Source: Lysobacterales bacterium
Lineage (GTDB): Bacteria; Pseudomonadota; Gammaproteobacteria; Xanthomonadales; Wenzhouxiangellaceae
NCBI GenBank assembly: GCA_022360675.1
Contig: JAKSCJ010000259.1
Coordinates: 4,169-68,168 of the forward strand
Direction of reading: 5' to 3'
Length of the DNA: 64,000 nucleotides
Below, one piece after another: positions 33,662-42,721 of this stretch (the stretch's first letter is position 1; each line of letters opens with the position of its first letter). The translations under genes and the position numbers were made by a program. The notes under the pieces were generated by a model that worked only from the letters and a program-made list of their open reading frames with translations, was not told the DNA's origin and ran no database searches.

Positions 33662-34009
33662 ATGCGCCGCTGGCTAAGCCTCATTGTCATCGTTCTGGCA
33701 ATTACCGTTGGTAGCTTTTTGGGTATTTTGAATCCCGAGCCTGCGGCTGTGGACTTGCTGTTTATTCAAGTGCAGCAATCGCTGGGCTTGGTATTAAGTG
33801 TGACTTTAGTGCTGGGGCTTTTGTTAGGCGCTCTGGCTTTGTGGCTGTTTCGGGTGGTGCCACTGCGGGCGCGGATTCGTCGCTTGCAAAAAGAAGCCAA
33901 ACTAAACCGCGCGATTCAAGCCAGCGATACCTCCGCCAGTGGTGATGCACAAAAGGCATCGGAAACCGCTGCCAGCGGAGCACAAACCATCGAACATAAG
34001 GCAGCCTAA
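33662..34009 (+). CDS. lapA: Lipopolysaccharide assembly protein LapA (YciS-like, DUF1049)
   Basis: Small 2-TM protein directly after ihfB and before lapB. It has an extended Ser/Ala-rich tail. Confidence 0.75.
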   Translation: MRRWLSLIVIVLAITVGSFLGILNPEPAAVDLLFIQVQQSLGLVLSVTLVLGLLLGALALWLFRVVPLRARIRRLQKEAKLNRAIQASDTSASGDAQKASETAASGAQTIEHKAA

Positions 34010-34047
34010 CTGCCAATTTCTTAAAATAGCGATGCATTATTAAAATT

Positions 34048-34078
34048 GATCTGCCGCTTTAGCGGCGGATCAGTTTTT
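34048..34078 (+). terminator. Intrinsic-terminator-like hairpin between lapA and lapB
   Basis: GATCTGCCGC-ttta-GCGGCGGATC (10 bp, one G-U pair) followed by AGTTTTTGC. Confidence 0.6.
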
Positions 34079-34191
34079 GCTGCATCTAAATACGGTATGA
34101 TCCGGCGCAAACAGCGGAATTCCCGTGACGACGCACCCATTATGGTGTGTTCCCTGGGTGGTGTGTTCCTTGGTGCCACAGCGATATAGCT

Positions 34192-35373
34192 ATGCTCGAA
34201 CTTTCCATTGCATTAGTGTTGCTGATCCTTGCTGCAGCGATAGCGCTGTGGGCATGGTGGCGGCTGCGCGGCTTTTCAGCGCGCCCGCATCATTATCATG
34301 AAAATTTTGGCGGTGATTATTTTCGCGGCTTAAATTACTTATTAAACGAACAACCCGATAAAGCGTTGGAAGTTTTTCTACAGCTGGCTGAAGTGAATCC
34401 GGATACGGTAGAAACGCATCTGGCTTTAGGGAATTTGTTTCGCCGTCGGGGTGAAGTCGAGCATGCCATCCGCTGCCATGAAAATATCATCGCAAAAGAG
34501 TCCATCTCACCAGCCGAGCGTCATCATGCAATGTTGGAGCTGGCAGAAGACTACCGCCGTGCCGGTTTATTAGACCGGGCGGAAGATCTCTACCACCAAC
34601 TGGCCGAGAGCGAAGAAGGCCGCTCGGTGGCTTTGCAGCGACTGCTGGAAATTTACCAACAAGAGCAAGACTGGGCCCAGGCCACCCGCATGGCCGAACG
34701 CTTAATTCCACTAAGCCCTAGTGAAGTACATCCTTTGGTGGCACATTTTCATTGTGAGCGTGCCACCGCCGCTTTAAAAGAAAGCGAGCTGAACGAGGCA
34801 CGCGCTGCGCTGGCCGCCGCACGTGAGCATCACCCAGCCAGTTTGCGCTGCCAATTACTTGAAGCGGAGATTCTGTTAGGGGAATCGCAGCCGCGCCAAG
34901 CGATTGAATTACTGACTCGTTCTTTACAGCAGCAACCCGAGCTATTACCGGTGGCTTTAGATACGCTAACAGCCGCTTATCGTGCTGACCGTGCCACTTT
35001 AGAGTTGCAACAGCTGTTGGTGAGCTGGCTACAACAACGCCAAGATGTGAGCGCTGTGATCGCGTTGGCGGCATTGCATCAACAAGAAGGGAATGTGCAA
35101 CAAGCGCAATCCTTATTGATTGAACAACTGCGCTTAAACCCAAATGTGCATCTGCTGCGTTGTTTATTGAATCTGTTAGCCCCCGCCGAGTACCAACAAC
35201 TCAGCGCCCAGCTACGCCCTATTGTGGAGCAGCTGTGCGATGAACTGCTGACTGGTGAGGTGGCCTTTCGTTGCCGCCAATGCGGCTACGGTGGTCACGA
35301 TCACCACTGGCAATGCCCTAGCTGTAAACAATGGGATAGCACTTGGCCGGTGCGCGGTGTGACTGGCAAATGA
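34192..35373 (+). CDS. lapB: LPS assembly protein LapB (YciM): N-terminal TM, TPR repeats, C-terminal rubredoxin-type zinc finger
   Basis: ATG 34192 gives MLELSIALVLLILAAAIALWAWW. TPR repeats follow. The C-terminus reads FRCRQCGYGGHDHHWQCPSCKQWDS. Confidence 0.92.
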   Translation: MLELSIALVLLILAAAIALWAWWRLRGFSARPHHYHENFGGDYFRGLNYLLNEQPDKALEVFLQLAEVNPDTVETHLALGNLFRRRGEVEHAIRCHENIIAKESISPAERHHAMLELAEDYRRAGLLDRAEDLYHQLAESEEGRSVALQRLLEIYQQEQDWAQATRMAERLIPLSPSEVHPLVAHFHCERATAALKESELNEARAALAAAREHHPASLRCQLLEAEILLGESQPRQAIELLTRSLQQQPELLPVALDTLTAAYRADRATLELQQLLVSWLQQRQDVSAVIALAALHQQEGNVQQAQSLLIEQLRLNPNVHLLRCLLNLLAPAEYQQLSAQLRPIVEQLCDELLTGEVAFRCRQCGYGGHDHHWQCPSCKQWDSTWPVRGVTGK

Positions 35374-36410
35374 TCAATGGGGCGTTATTGGGCGAGGCTT
35401 TCTTAGGCTGGTCTTTATTGGTTTTTGCCTTGCTGAGCCTGTTGACCACGCCGTTAATGATTCTCTACGCACGTCGCTTTCAGTTATTAGATGAACCGGG
35501 CCAGCGCCGCAGCCACAGCGGTGTGATTCCGCGCGGTGGTGGTGCTGCGGCCGCCTTGGTGACCTTGCTGGCGGTTCTTTATTTTCATGCCACTCAGCAA
35601 TGGGCTTGGGCATTGATTCCGCCCTTGTTCGCACTAGGCGTTGTGGGGTGGATGGACGATCATCACCCGCAAACGGTGCGCGGGCGGTTGCTGATTCAAG
35701 TGGGCAGTGCGGTATGGCTCTGCTTCTGTTTAGCGCCAATGCATTGGCTGAGCGATTACTGGCAATGGAGTGGCGGCTTGTATTATGGCGCGGCTTTGCT
35801 TGTGTTTATTGTTGCCGTACTTACCGTTATTTGGTTAGTGAATCTGTATAATTTCATGGATGGCAGCCATGGATTGGCCACAGGCGAGGCTATTTTTGCT
35901 GGTGCTGGTAGCTTTATCCTGCTGCATGAGTCGGCCCCAGCCGCCGCTTATTTAGGGGCGATTCTGGCGGCTTGTATGCTGGGTTTTTTACCGTGGAATT
36001 TCCCCAAACCTAAAATTTTCATGGGCGATGTGGCCAGTGGCACTTTAGGGCTGTGTGTGGCGGCGATGGCCATGCTGGCGGGGCCAGATTGGTGGCCTGT
36101 ACCTCTGCTGTTATCGACCACATTTATTATCGACGCGACTTTTACGTTGTTTCATCGAATGTGGCGCGGTGAGGTGTGGTATCAAGCACACCGACAGCAT
36201 GTTTATCAGCGCCTCATTCAACAGGGTTGGAGTCACCAACGGGTGTGGTTGCTGTACATGCTGATTAATTGGCTATTCATTTTGCCCGTGGCATCATGGG
36301 GTGTTGAATCACCGCAGCGCTTGTTTTTAGCCTGTCTCATTATTGCCATTGCTGTGGCATTGGCGTGGATTTTGGCCATGCGGTCTTTAGTGCACGCAGC
36401 TCAAGCTTGA
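35370..36410 (+). CDS. wbpL: Glycosyltransferase family 4, polyprenyl-phosphate HexNAc-1-phosphate transferase (WbpL/WecA-like)
   Basis: Polytopic. MraY/WecA motifs GWMDDHH and VNLYNFMDGSHGLA. ATGA overlap with lapB. Confidence 0.8.
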   Translation: MINGALLGEAFLGWSLLVFALLSLLTTPLMILYARRFQLLDEPGQRRSHSGVIPRGGGAAAALVTLLAVLYFHATQQWAWALIPPLFALGVVGWMDDHHPQTVRGRLLIQVGSAVWLCFCLAPMHWLSDYWQWSGGLYYGAALLVFIVAVLTVIWLVNLYNFMDGSHGLATGEAIFAGAGSFILLHESAPAAAYLGAILAACMLGFLPWNFPKPKIFMGDVASGTLGLCVAAMAMLAGPDWWPVPLLLSTTFIIDATFTLFHRMWRGEVWYQAHRQHVYQRLIQQGWSHQRVWLLYMLINWLFILPVASWGVESPQRLFLACLIIAIAVALAWILAMRSLVHAAQA

Positions 36411-36420
36411 GAGCATTTCA

Positions 36421-38358
36421 TTGGATACACCCACCGCACAACAAAAAACGCCGAAATGGCGCCAATGGTTACATCCTAGACTCGCCGTCATCTTCCACGA
36501 TTTATTGATGATCTGGCTGAGCTGGTTGGCGGCGCGTGCCATTTCCACACCGGGTGGGCCTGGCCTCAATCTTCCACTTTCGGCACTGTTTTTAAGTGAG
36601 GTTCCGCTTATTATTGTGGCCCAGGGGCTGGTGTTTTGGTTTACTGGCTTGTATCGCGGCTTGTGGCGTTTTGCCAGCCTGCCCGATATGTGGAATCTCA
36701 TTCGTGGCTCGCTTATCGGCGTTGTGTTAGTTGCCTTACTGCTGTGGGCGTTTAGACCCGATGCCTTGCTGCTGAAACCTCAATTATTACTGATTTATCC
36801 CTTCGCCTTAACCGCCGCTTTGGGAATTCCGCGTTTACTGTACCGCTCGTGGAAAGATCTCAATATGGGGCGTATCGGCGGCGTGCGGCCGCGACGTACC
36901 TTGATTATCGGCGCTGGTCATTCAGGGGCGGTATTAGTGCGTGAACTGCGCCGTTTACCCGACTACCACGTGGTGGGGTTTTTAGACGACAACCAACGTA
37001 TGGGTGGTGCGCGTATTCATAGCGTACCGATTTTGGGCGGTATTGATCGCTTACCAGCCATTGCCCGCGAGACGGCTGCTGAACTGGCGGTGATCGCCAT
37101 GCCATCGGCCGATAACGAGCAAATGCAGCGGGTGGTGCGCAGTTGTGAAGATGCACAAATCGAATTCCGTACCCTGCCGCGCTTACAAGAAACCCAAGAA
37201 GGTGAGCGTTGGGATCGTATCAAGCCTGTGGTTATTGAAGATCTCCTGGGCCGCAGCCCCGTCACTTTAGACTGGGAAAGTATTCGCTCGCGCATTCAAG
37301 GCGCGCGGGTTTTGGTGACTGGCGGTGGTGGTTCCATTGGCGGTGAGCTATGCCGACAAATTGCACGCTTAAGCCCCGAACGCCTGGTGTTGCTTGAGCG
37401 CACCGAGTACAACTTATTCAGTATCGATCGCGAATTACGCCAAGCGTATCCGGAGTTGTCCATCCAAAGTGTGCTGGGTGATGCCGGTGACGCCCCGCAT
37501 GTGCAGCGCTTGCTGGCTAAAGAACAGCCGCAAATTATTTTCCACGCAGCAGCATACAAACATTTGCCCCTGCTACAGAATCAGCGTCGCGAGGCGGTAC
37601 GTAATAATCTATTTGTTACCCGTACCATGGCCGATGCCGCTGATGCCCAAGGGGTGCCGCTGTTTGTTTTGATTTCCACCGATAAAGCGGTGCGACCTAA
37701 AAATGTGATGGGCGCTACCAAGCGTGCGGCCGAATTGTATTGCGAAACCCTCAGTGCGCGCTCCGATACCCGCTTTATTACCGTGCGCTTTGGCAATGTT
37801 TTAAACTCCAGCGGCAGCGTGGTGCCTTTGTTCCAAGAGCAAATTGCCCGTGGCGGGCCGGTCACGGTGACGCATAAAGATATCGAGCGTTACTTCATGA
37901 CAATACCTGAAGCCGCCCAGCTCATTTTGCAGTCGACGGTGACAGGTAATGATGGCGATATCTTGGTATTAGATATGGGCGAGCCGGTGAAGATTGTGCA
38001 ACTAGCCGAGCAGCTTATTCGCTTGGCGGGCAAAGAGCCCAATGTGGATATTCCCATCATATTTACGGGCTTGCGGCCTGGCGAAAAGTTACAGGAAGAA
38101 CTATTCCACCCGGCTGAAGCTTTAGTTACCACCGATCATCCAAAGATTTTGCGTGCCCGCCATACCGAGGTCAATTGGCGTCAGCTAAAGACCGCCATCG
38201 AGCGCGCGGAAACCCATGTGCAAACCGACGACGAGCAAGCTTTAGCTCAGGTCTTGGACGAAATTTTACTCAGCGCCAATGGACATGTGCTTGAGCCCGA
38301 TAACGACACCTCGCAGGCCGTGGCGGCCGATACGCTAACTCAACAACAAGCACGTTAA
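36421..38358 (+). CDS. wbpM: Membrane-anchored nucleotide-sugar 4,6-dehydratase (WbpM/CapD/PglF family)
   Basis: TTG start and N-terminal TM helices. Two Rossmann signatures (LIIGAGHSG, VTGGGGSIG). ISTDKAVRPKNVMGATKR carries the catalytic Y/K-type region of the CapD family. Confidence 0.88.
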   Translation: MDTPTAQQKTPKWRQWLHPRLAVIFHDLLMIWLSWLAARAISTPGGPGLNLPLSALFLSEVPLIIVAQGLVFWFTGLYRGLWRFASLPDMWNLIRGSLIGVVLVALLLWAFRPDALLLKPQLLLIYPFALTAALGIPRLLYRSWKDLNMGRIGGVRPRRTLIIGAGHSGAVLVRELRRLPDYHVVGFLDDNQRMGGARIHSVPILGGIDRLPAIARETAAELAVIAMPSADNEQMQRVVRSCEDAQIEFRTLPRLQETQEGERWDRIKPVVIEDLLGRSPVTLDWESIRSRIQGARVLVTGGGGSIGGELCRQIARLSPERLVLLERTEYNLFSIDRELRQAYPELSIQSVLGDAGDAPHVQRLLAKEQPQIIFHAAAYKHLPLLQNQRREAVRNNLFVTRTMADAADAQGVPLFVLISTDKAVRPKNVMGATKRAAELYCETLSARSDTRFITVRFGNVLNSSGSVVPLFQEQIARGGPVTVTHKDIERYFMTIPEAAQLILQSTVTGNDGDILVLDMGEPVKIVQLAEQLIRLAGKEPNVDIPIIFTGLRPGEKLQEELFHPAEALVTTDHPKILRARHTEVNWRQLKTAIERAETHVQTDDEQALAQVLDEILLSANGHVLEPDNDTSQAVAADTLTQQQAR

Positions 38359-38365
38359 ACGATAA

Positions 38366-38393
38366 CAGCAGCGTCTAACATAAGGCGCTGCTG
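38366..38393. terminator. Hairpin between convergent wbpM and pheA
   Basis: CAGCAGCG-(12 nt)-CGCTGCTG. There is no clear T-run. Confidence 0.4.
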
Positions 38394-38454
38394 AGTTCTA
38401 AGCGGGAAGGTAAAGCCCCTAAAGTTGAAGAGGCGCTCTGAAAATTCGAGTGGT

Positions 38455-39552
38455 TTACAGATCGGTATTCAGTGCTTTGGGATAAGCGCCTAAGACCGTC
38501 ACCATTCGTGCTACCTGCTGCAATTCTTGTAAGGCTGAAACCAATGGCGCTTCTTGCGCATGGCCTTCTACATCCACGAAGAATACGTAATCCCATTTGC
38601 CCTGGCGCGATGGTCGTGATTCGATGCGTGTCATATTAATTCCGGCCTGGGCTAAAGGCGATAGCAATTCGTGCAATGCGCCTGGGCCTTGAACACCGGC
38701 CAGTAACAGCGTGGATTTATCGTCGCCACTGGGCGGGAATAGCTCGCGGCCAATCACCAAGAAGCGCGTGCTGTTATCGGGTTGATCCTCGATATCGGCA
38801 AATAACACCGGTAAACCATAAACCTCGGCGGCGCTGCGCCCAGCGATGGCGGCGGCATCGGGTGCGTGGCGTACTCGACGCGCTGCTTCGGCATTGCTGC
38901 TGACCGGAATCAGTTCCACATTCGGCAGGTGATCGCGTAGCCATAAGCGGCATTGCGATAACGATTGCGGATGCGAATAGACGCGCTCGATCTGCCCTAA
39001 TCCCGGCGCTTGGCTGAGCAGGTTTTGGTGGATGCGCAGCTCTACCTCGGCGCAGATCTTGAGTGGCGAATTCAAAAACAAATCTAAGGTATGGCTGACG
39101 ATCCCTTGAGTGGAGTTTTCCACCGGTACCACGCCAAAGTCGGCTTCGCAGGCTTGCACCTGGCTAAACACCTCGTCCATGGAGGCCTGAGCTACGGCGC
39201 GCACGGCATGGCCAAAATGTTGAATCACGGCTTGCTGGGTAAAGGTGCCTTCCGGGCCTAAATAAGCGATACGCAGCGGTTCTTGCTGCGCTAAGCACGA
39301 AGCCATGATCTCGCGAAACAAGCGTACCATTTCGGTGTCGCTCAATGGCCCAGCGTTACGCTCCATGACGGCACGTAAAACTTGGGCTTCGCGCTCGGGA
39401 CGGTAGTAGTCTACCGGCTGTTGCTGCGGACCTTTGGCTTCGCCCACAGCCAGCGCAATGCGGGCTCGGTCGCTGATCAATTGTTGAATTTGTTGATCCA
39501 GTTGATCGATTTGCTGGCGTAGCTGATTGAGATCCACCTTAGAAGAAGCCAT
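38455..39552 (-). CDS. pheA: Bifunctional chorismate mutase/prephenate dehydratase (P-protein)
   Basis: N-terminal CM coiled segment (LRQQIDQLDQQIQQLISDRA), PDT domain (IAYLGPEGTFTQQA, ENSTQGIV) and ACT domain (ESRPS motif IESRPSRQGKWDYVFFVD). Confidence 0.95.
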   Translation of the reverse strand: MASSKVDLNQLRQQIDQLDQQIQQLISDRARIALAVGEAKGPQQQPVDYYRPEREAQVLRAVMERNAGPLSDTEMVRLFREIMASCLAQQEPLRIAYLGPEGTFTQQAVIQHFGHAVRAVAQASMDEVFSQVQACEADFGVVPVENSTQGIVSHTLDLFLNSPLKICAEVELRIHQNLLSQAPGLGQIERVYSHPQSLSQCRLWLRDHLPNVELIPVSSNAEAARRVRHAPDAAAIAGRSAAEVYGLPVLFADIEDQPDNSTRFLVIGRELFPPSGDDKSTLLLAGVQGPGALHELLSPLAQAGINMTRIESRPSRQGKWDYVFFVDVEGHAQEAPLVSALQELQQVARMVTVLGAYPKALNTDL

Positions 39553-39557
39553 GCTCG

Positions 39558-40640
39558 TTATCCGTGTTGTTTTTTGAAGTTTTGCATGAATTTCACCAAT
39601 GCAAAAACGTGATGTGGTGTCACTGCATTGTACAGACTGGCGCGTAACCCACCCACCGAACGATGGCCTTTCAAGCCGATAAAACCGGCGGCCTCGGCCT
39701 CTGCTAAAAATCGCGCTTCTAACTCGGGCTTATGAATGCGGAACGGCACGTTCATCAACGAGCGCGAAGCGATTTCCACCGGGTTATGGTAAAAGTCGTC
39801 GCGCCCGATTTCGCTGTACAAAGCAAATGCCTTGTTTTGGTTTTGGCGATGAATGGCCTCGATGCCACCTTCGGCTTTAATCCAGCGCAATACTAAATTG
39901 CAGACGTACCAAGAAAATACCGGTGGTGTGTTGTACAAGGATTTTTTCGTGGCGAAATTTTGGTAATTAAACATGGGTGCGAGACGATCACCGCTGCGTT
40001 CTAGCAAATCGTCACGAATAATCACTAAAGTGACACCGGCGGGCCCCAGGTTTTTCTGCGCACCAGCATAAAGCAGGCCGAAATTATCGTACGGCAAAGG
40101 GCGACATAGAATATCGGAAGAGCCATCGATCACCAGCGGGATATCGTTGATGTTCACATTGTGGTGAAACTGAATACCGTGGATGGTTTCGTTGCTGGTG
40201 ATATGGAGGTAGTCCACATCTTCCCTAACTTCCCAAAGTTTGCGCGGTGGTAAACGATCAAAATCTGGCGCGCCTGAGGCGATTAAATGAGGTTGGGTGT
40301 GATAGTGCGCGGTATCGAAGGCTTTTTGGCTCCAACTGCCCGATACCAAATAAGCGGCCTTGCTGTCGGGACCTTTGAGTAAGTTCATGGGTACCAGGCT
40401 AAACTGCGAAGACGCGCCGCCTTGCATCCACAATATTTGATAGTTATCGGGTAATTGGAGTAGCTCGCGCAAGAGCGTTTGGCTTTCTTCCACCACCTCA
40501 TCGAAAGCTTTGCTGCGGTGGCTGATTTCCATGATCGAAGGGCCCTGACCATTCCAATTGGGCAGATCTTCGCGAATTTGTTGAACCACGGGCTCGGGTA
40601 GCAGTGAGGGGCCCGCGCTAAAATTGTAACAAGGCGTCAT
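39558..40640 (-). CDS. serC: Phosphoserine aminotransferase
   Basis: ATG 40640 gives MTPCYNFSAGPSLLPEPV. Motifs GGASSQF, GAQKNLGPAGVT (PLP Lys) and GGLRASLYNA. Confidence 0.95.
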   Translation of the reverse strand: MTPCYNFSAGPSLLPEPVVQQIREDLPNWNGQGPSIMEISHRSKAFDEVVEESQTLLRELLQLPDNYQILWMQGGASSQFSLVPMNLLKGPDSKAAYLVSGSWSQKAFDTAHYHTQPHLIASGAPDFDRLPPRKLWEVREDVDYLHITSNETIHGIQFHHNVNINDIPLVIDGSSDILCRPLPYDNFGLLYAGAQKNLGPAGVTLVIIRDDLLERSGDRLAPMFNYQNFATKKSLYNTPPVFSWYVCNLVLRWIKAEGGIEAIHRQNQNKAFALYSEIGRDDFYHNPVEIASRSLMNVPFRIHKPELEARFLAEAEAAGFIGLKGHRSVGGLRASLYNAVTPHHVFALVKFMQNFKKQHG

Positions 40641-40950
40641 AGCAGAAATATCCTGGTTTCCAACCGGCTTGCCTGCTGGGTGGAAAGCGATCATCATGAC
40701 CCTGTGCCCAGCAGGATGTGTGGCCATATTGAAAAAGTTCTGACGCTACTGTCAACGCCTTGCAGATGAAGCTTTGATGTTTGTCTCAATAAATGGTGGA
40801 ACAAGGGTGATGATCGACCATAGGTTTGCGTAGCGATGGTTAGGCCAATAGCCATATCCAGTGGCTGTGGCTTGAATATCAATATCAATCAATGGCAACG
40901 ACAATGACAGCAAATGCTTGCGTTGCGTTGAGGTCTGTGGAGCATTTTCA

Positions 40951-42285
40951 ATGGTCGGCATTCGTCGAACCGATAACTCGGACAATCAAGGTCCGGTACC
41001 TGCAAGCCCACCACGAAGCCCTATTCAAGCGGCACTGGATTTTGATCGTCTGCCCGCAGTGCCTGCCGATTCACGTGAGCAAATTGAACACGATTCCACC
41101 GGTTTGTTAATTACCCTAGGGCGTGCGTTGTTGAGCTTAGGTTCGCCTTCCCATCGGGTGGAAGCCGCTTTAGAGCTAATGGCCGCGCGCTTAGGTTTAA
41201 GCGCCCAGTTTTTCAGCTCACCTACCGCCTTGTTCGTAGCCATTAATCGTGAGCATCAGCAGCAAACCTATTTAGCGCGGGTCAGTGCTTCTAGCCCCGA
41301 TATGGGGAAATTGTCGGATATCGCCGAAGTCATCAATGCTCTGGAACAACGGGAGTTGGGGCCGCAACAGGCGGCAGCGCAAGTGCAAGAGATTTTCTCG
41401 GCGCCATCGCGTTACAGCGCCTGGCTGACTTTCTTAGCCTTTCCTCTGGTGGCGCTACCAGCCACTTTGTTGTTAGGTGGTGGCATTAAAGAGCTGCCCT
41501 TGGCGGGTATCTTAAGTAGCTTGGTGGGTTTTCTGGCCATCATCACCGGGCCGCGCCACCAATTGGGGCGGTTGTTAATTCCGTTGGCCTCGATGCTTAC
41601 CGCTTTTATCGCCACTTTGTGGTGTGGATATGAAGGACATACCGCCATGATGCCCGCTTTGATCGCAGGCATGATTGTGTTATTGCCCGGCTTGGATTTA
41701 ACCACCGCCACCCGTGAGCTTTCCACCGGACATTTGGTGTCGGGTAGCGCTCGTTTGGCGGCCACAGCCTTGGTGTTTGCCACCATTGCTTTTGGTTTAG
41801 CCTTAGGCAGTGCCATGGGCCAGTACTTTGTGGGTGAGGTGCCCAATGTGCAACCTCAGCAATTACCGCTGTGGTTGGTGAGCGTGAGCCTGGTGTTTGC
41901 GGCGGTGGGTTTGGCGATTATCTTGCGCGTGCGTGTTAGGCAGTGGCCGTGGGTACTGTTGGCCTGTGCCTTGGCGTGGGGCAGCGCCCAGTTTGGCCAA
42001 ATGACGCTGGGAGGCACGTTGGGAGCGTTCGTGGGGGGCGTATTGGTGGGTTTGTATGGCAATGCCTATGCGCGACTCACCAATCTACCGGGCAGCACTC
42101 TGCAGCTCCCCGGCTTGTTATTGCTGGTTCCAGGCAGTGTGGGCATGCGCAGCATGACCGCCCTGCTGGGAGCCGATGTGCTAACGGGTATTGAGGTTGC
42201 CTTTACCGCCATCTTAACGGCAGTAGCCCTGGCTACAGGAATGATTACCGCCAGCGTTATTTTACCGCCGCGTAATGAGCTGTAG
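40951..42285 (+). CDS. Threonine/serine exporter family membrane protein (ThrE-like, DUF1212+DUF3815 fusion)
   Basis: The N-terminal soluble part has LLITLGRALLSLGSPSHRVEAALELMAARLGL (DUF1212 signature), followed by about 10 TM helices. Confidence 0.75.
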   Translation: MVGIRRTDNSDNQGPVPASPPRSPIQAALDFDRLPAVPADSREQIEHDSTGLLITLGRALLSLGSPSHRVEAALELMAARLGLSAQFFSSPTALFVAINREHQQQTYLARVSASSPDMGKLSDIAEVINALEQRELGPQQAAAQVQEIFSAPSRYSAWLTFLAFPLVALPATLLLGGGIKELPLAGILSSLVGFLAIITGPRHQLGRLLIPLASMLTAFIATLWCGYEGHTAMMPALIAGMIVLLPGLDLTTATRELSTGHLVSGSARLAATALVFATIAFGLALGSAMGQYFVGEVPNVQPQQLPLWLVSVSLVFAAVGLAIILRVRVRQWPWVLLACALAWGSAQFGQMTLGGTLGAFVGGVLVGLYGNAYARLTNLPGSTLQLPGLLLLVPGSVGMRSMTALLGADVLTGIEVAFTAILTAVALATGMITASVILPPRNEL

Positions 42286-42311
42286 CTCGTAAATTACCGC
42301 TACATTGACCT

Positions 42312-42340
42312 GCCTCACTCTGGCCGAGTGAGGCTTTTTT
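42312..42340 (+). terminator. Rho-independent terminator
   Basis: GCCTCACTC-tggcc-GAGTGAGGCTTTTTT. Confidence 0.85.
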
Positions 42341-42359
42341 ATAGCGCACGCCAATGGCG

Positions 42360-42671
42360 CTAATGGGCGGCCATGTCACGCATCATCTTCAGCAGTTGTT
42401 GCATGCTGGGGCTTTGCTGGCGCTGGCCGGGGGCAAGCAATTGGCAGCCTTTGTAAGCGGCCTTGGCGCTTTGGCCGAGAGTTTCTAAGCCATACATACC
42501 TGCAGAACCACCTAAACGGTGTAAGTGGCGTAGCAGTTCGGTGTAACTTTCTTCGTCACCGTCGGCCGCGGCTTGCCATAGTTTTTCTAAATCATTGGCC
42601 CGTTCTTGTAATTGTGCGCGGTAACGGAGCTGGGCCTGATGTAAGGCCGACTGAGTTTGTTCACTAAGCAT
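42360..42671 (-). CDS. Hpt (histidine phosphotransfer) domain protein
   Basis: 103-aa four-helix-type protein with LLRHLHRLGGSAGMYGL (the HxxKG-like Hpt motif). It is the last gene of the GTPase/phosphorelay operon. Confidence 0.8.
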   Translation of the reverse strand: MLSEQTQSALHQAQLRYRAQLQERANDLEKLWQAAADGDEESYTELLRHLHRLGGSAGMYGLETLGQSAKAAYKGCQLLAPGQRQQSPSMQQLLKMMRDMAAH

Positions 42672-42721
42672 CTCATTGTCATCCTGGCAGTGTTGCCCTT
42701 GAAGCCGTGCTTACAGTGTGC

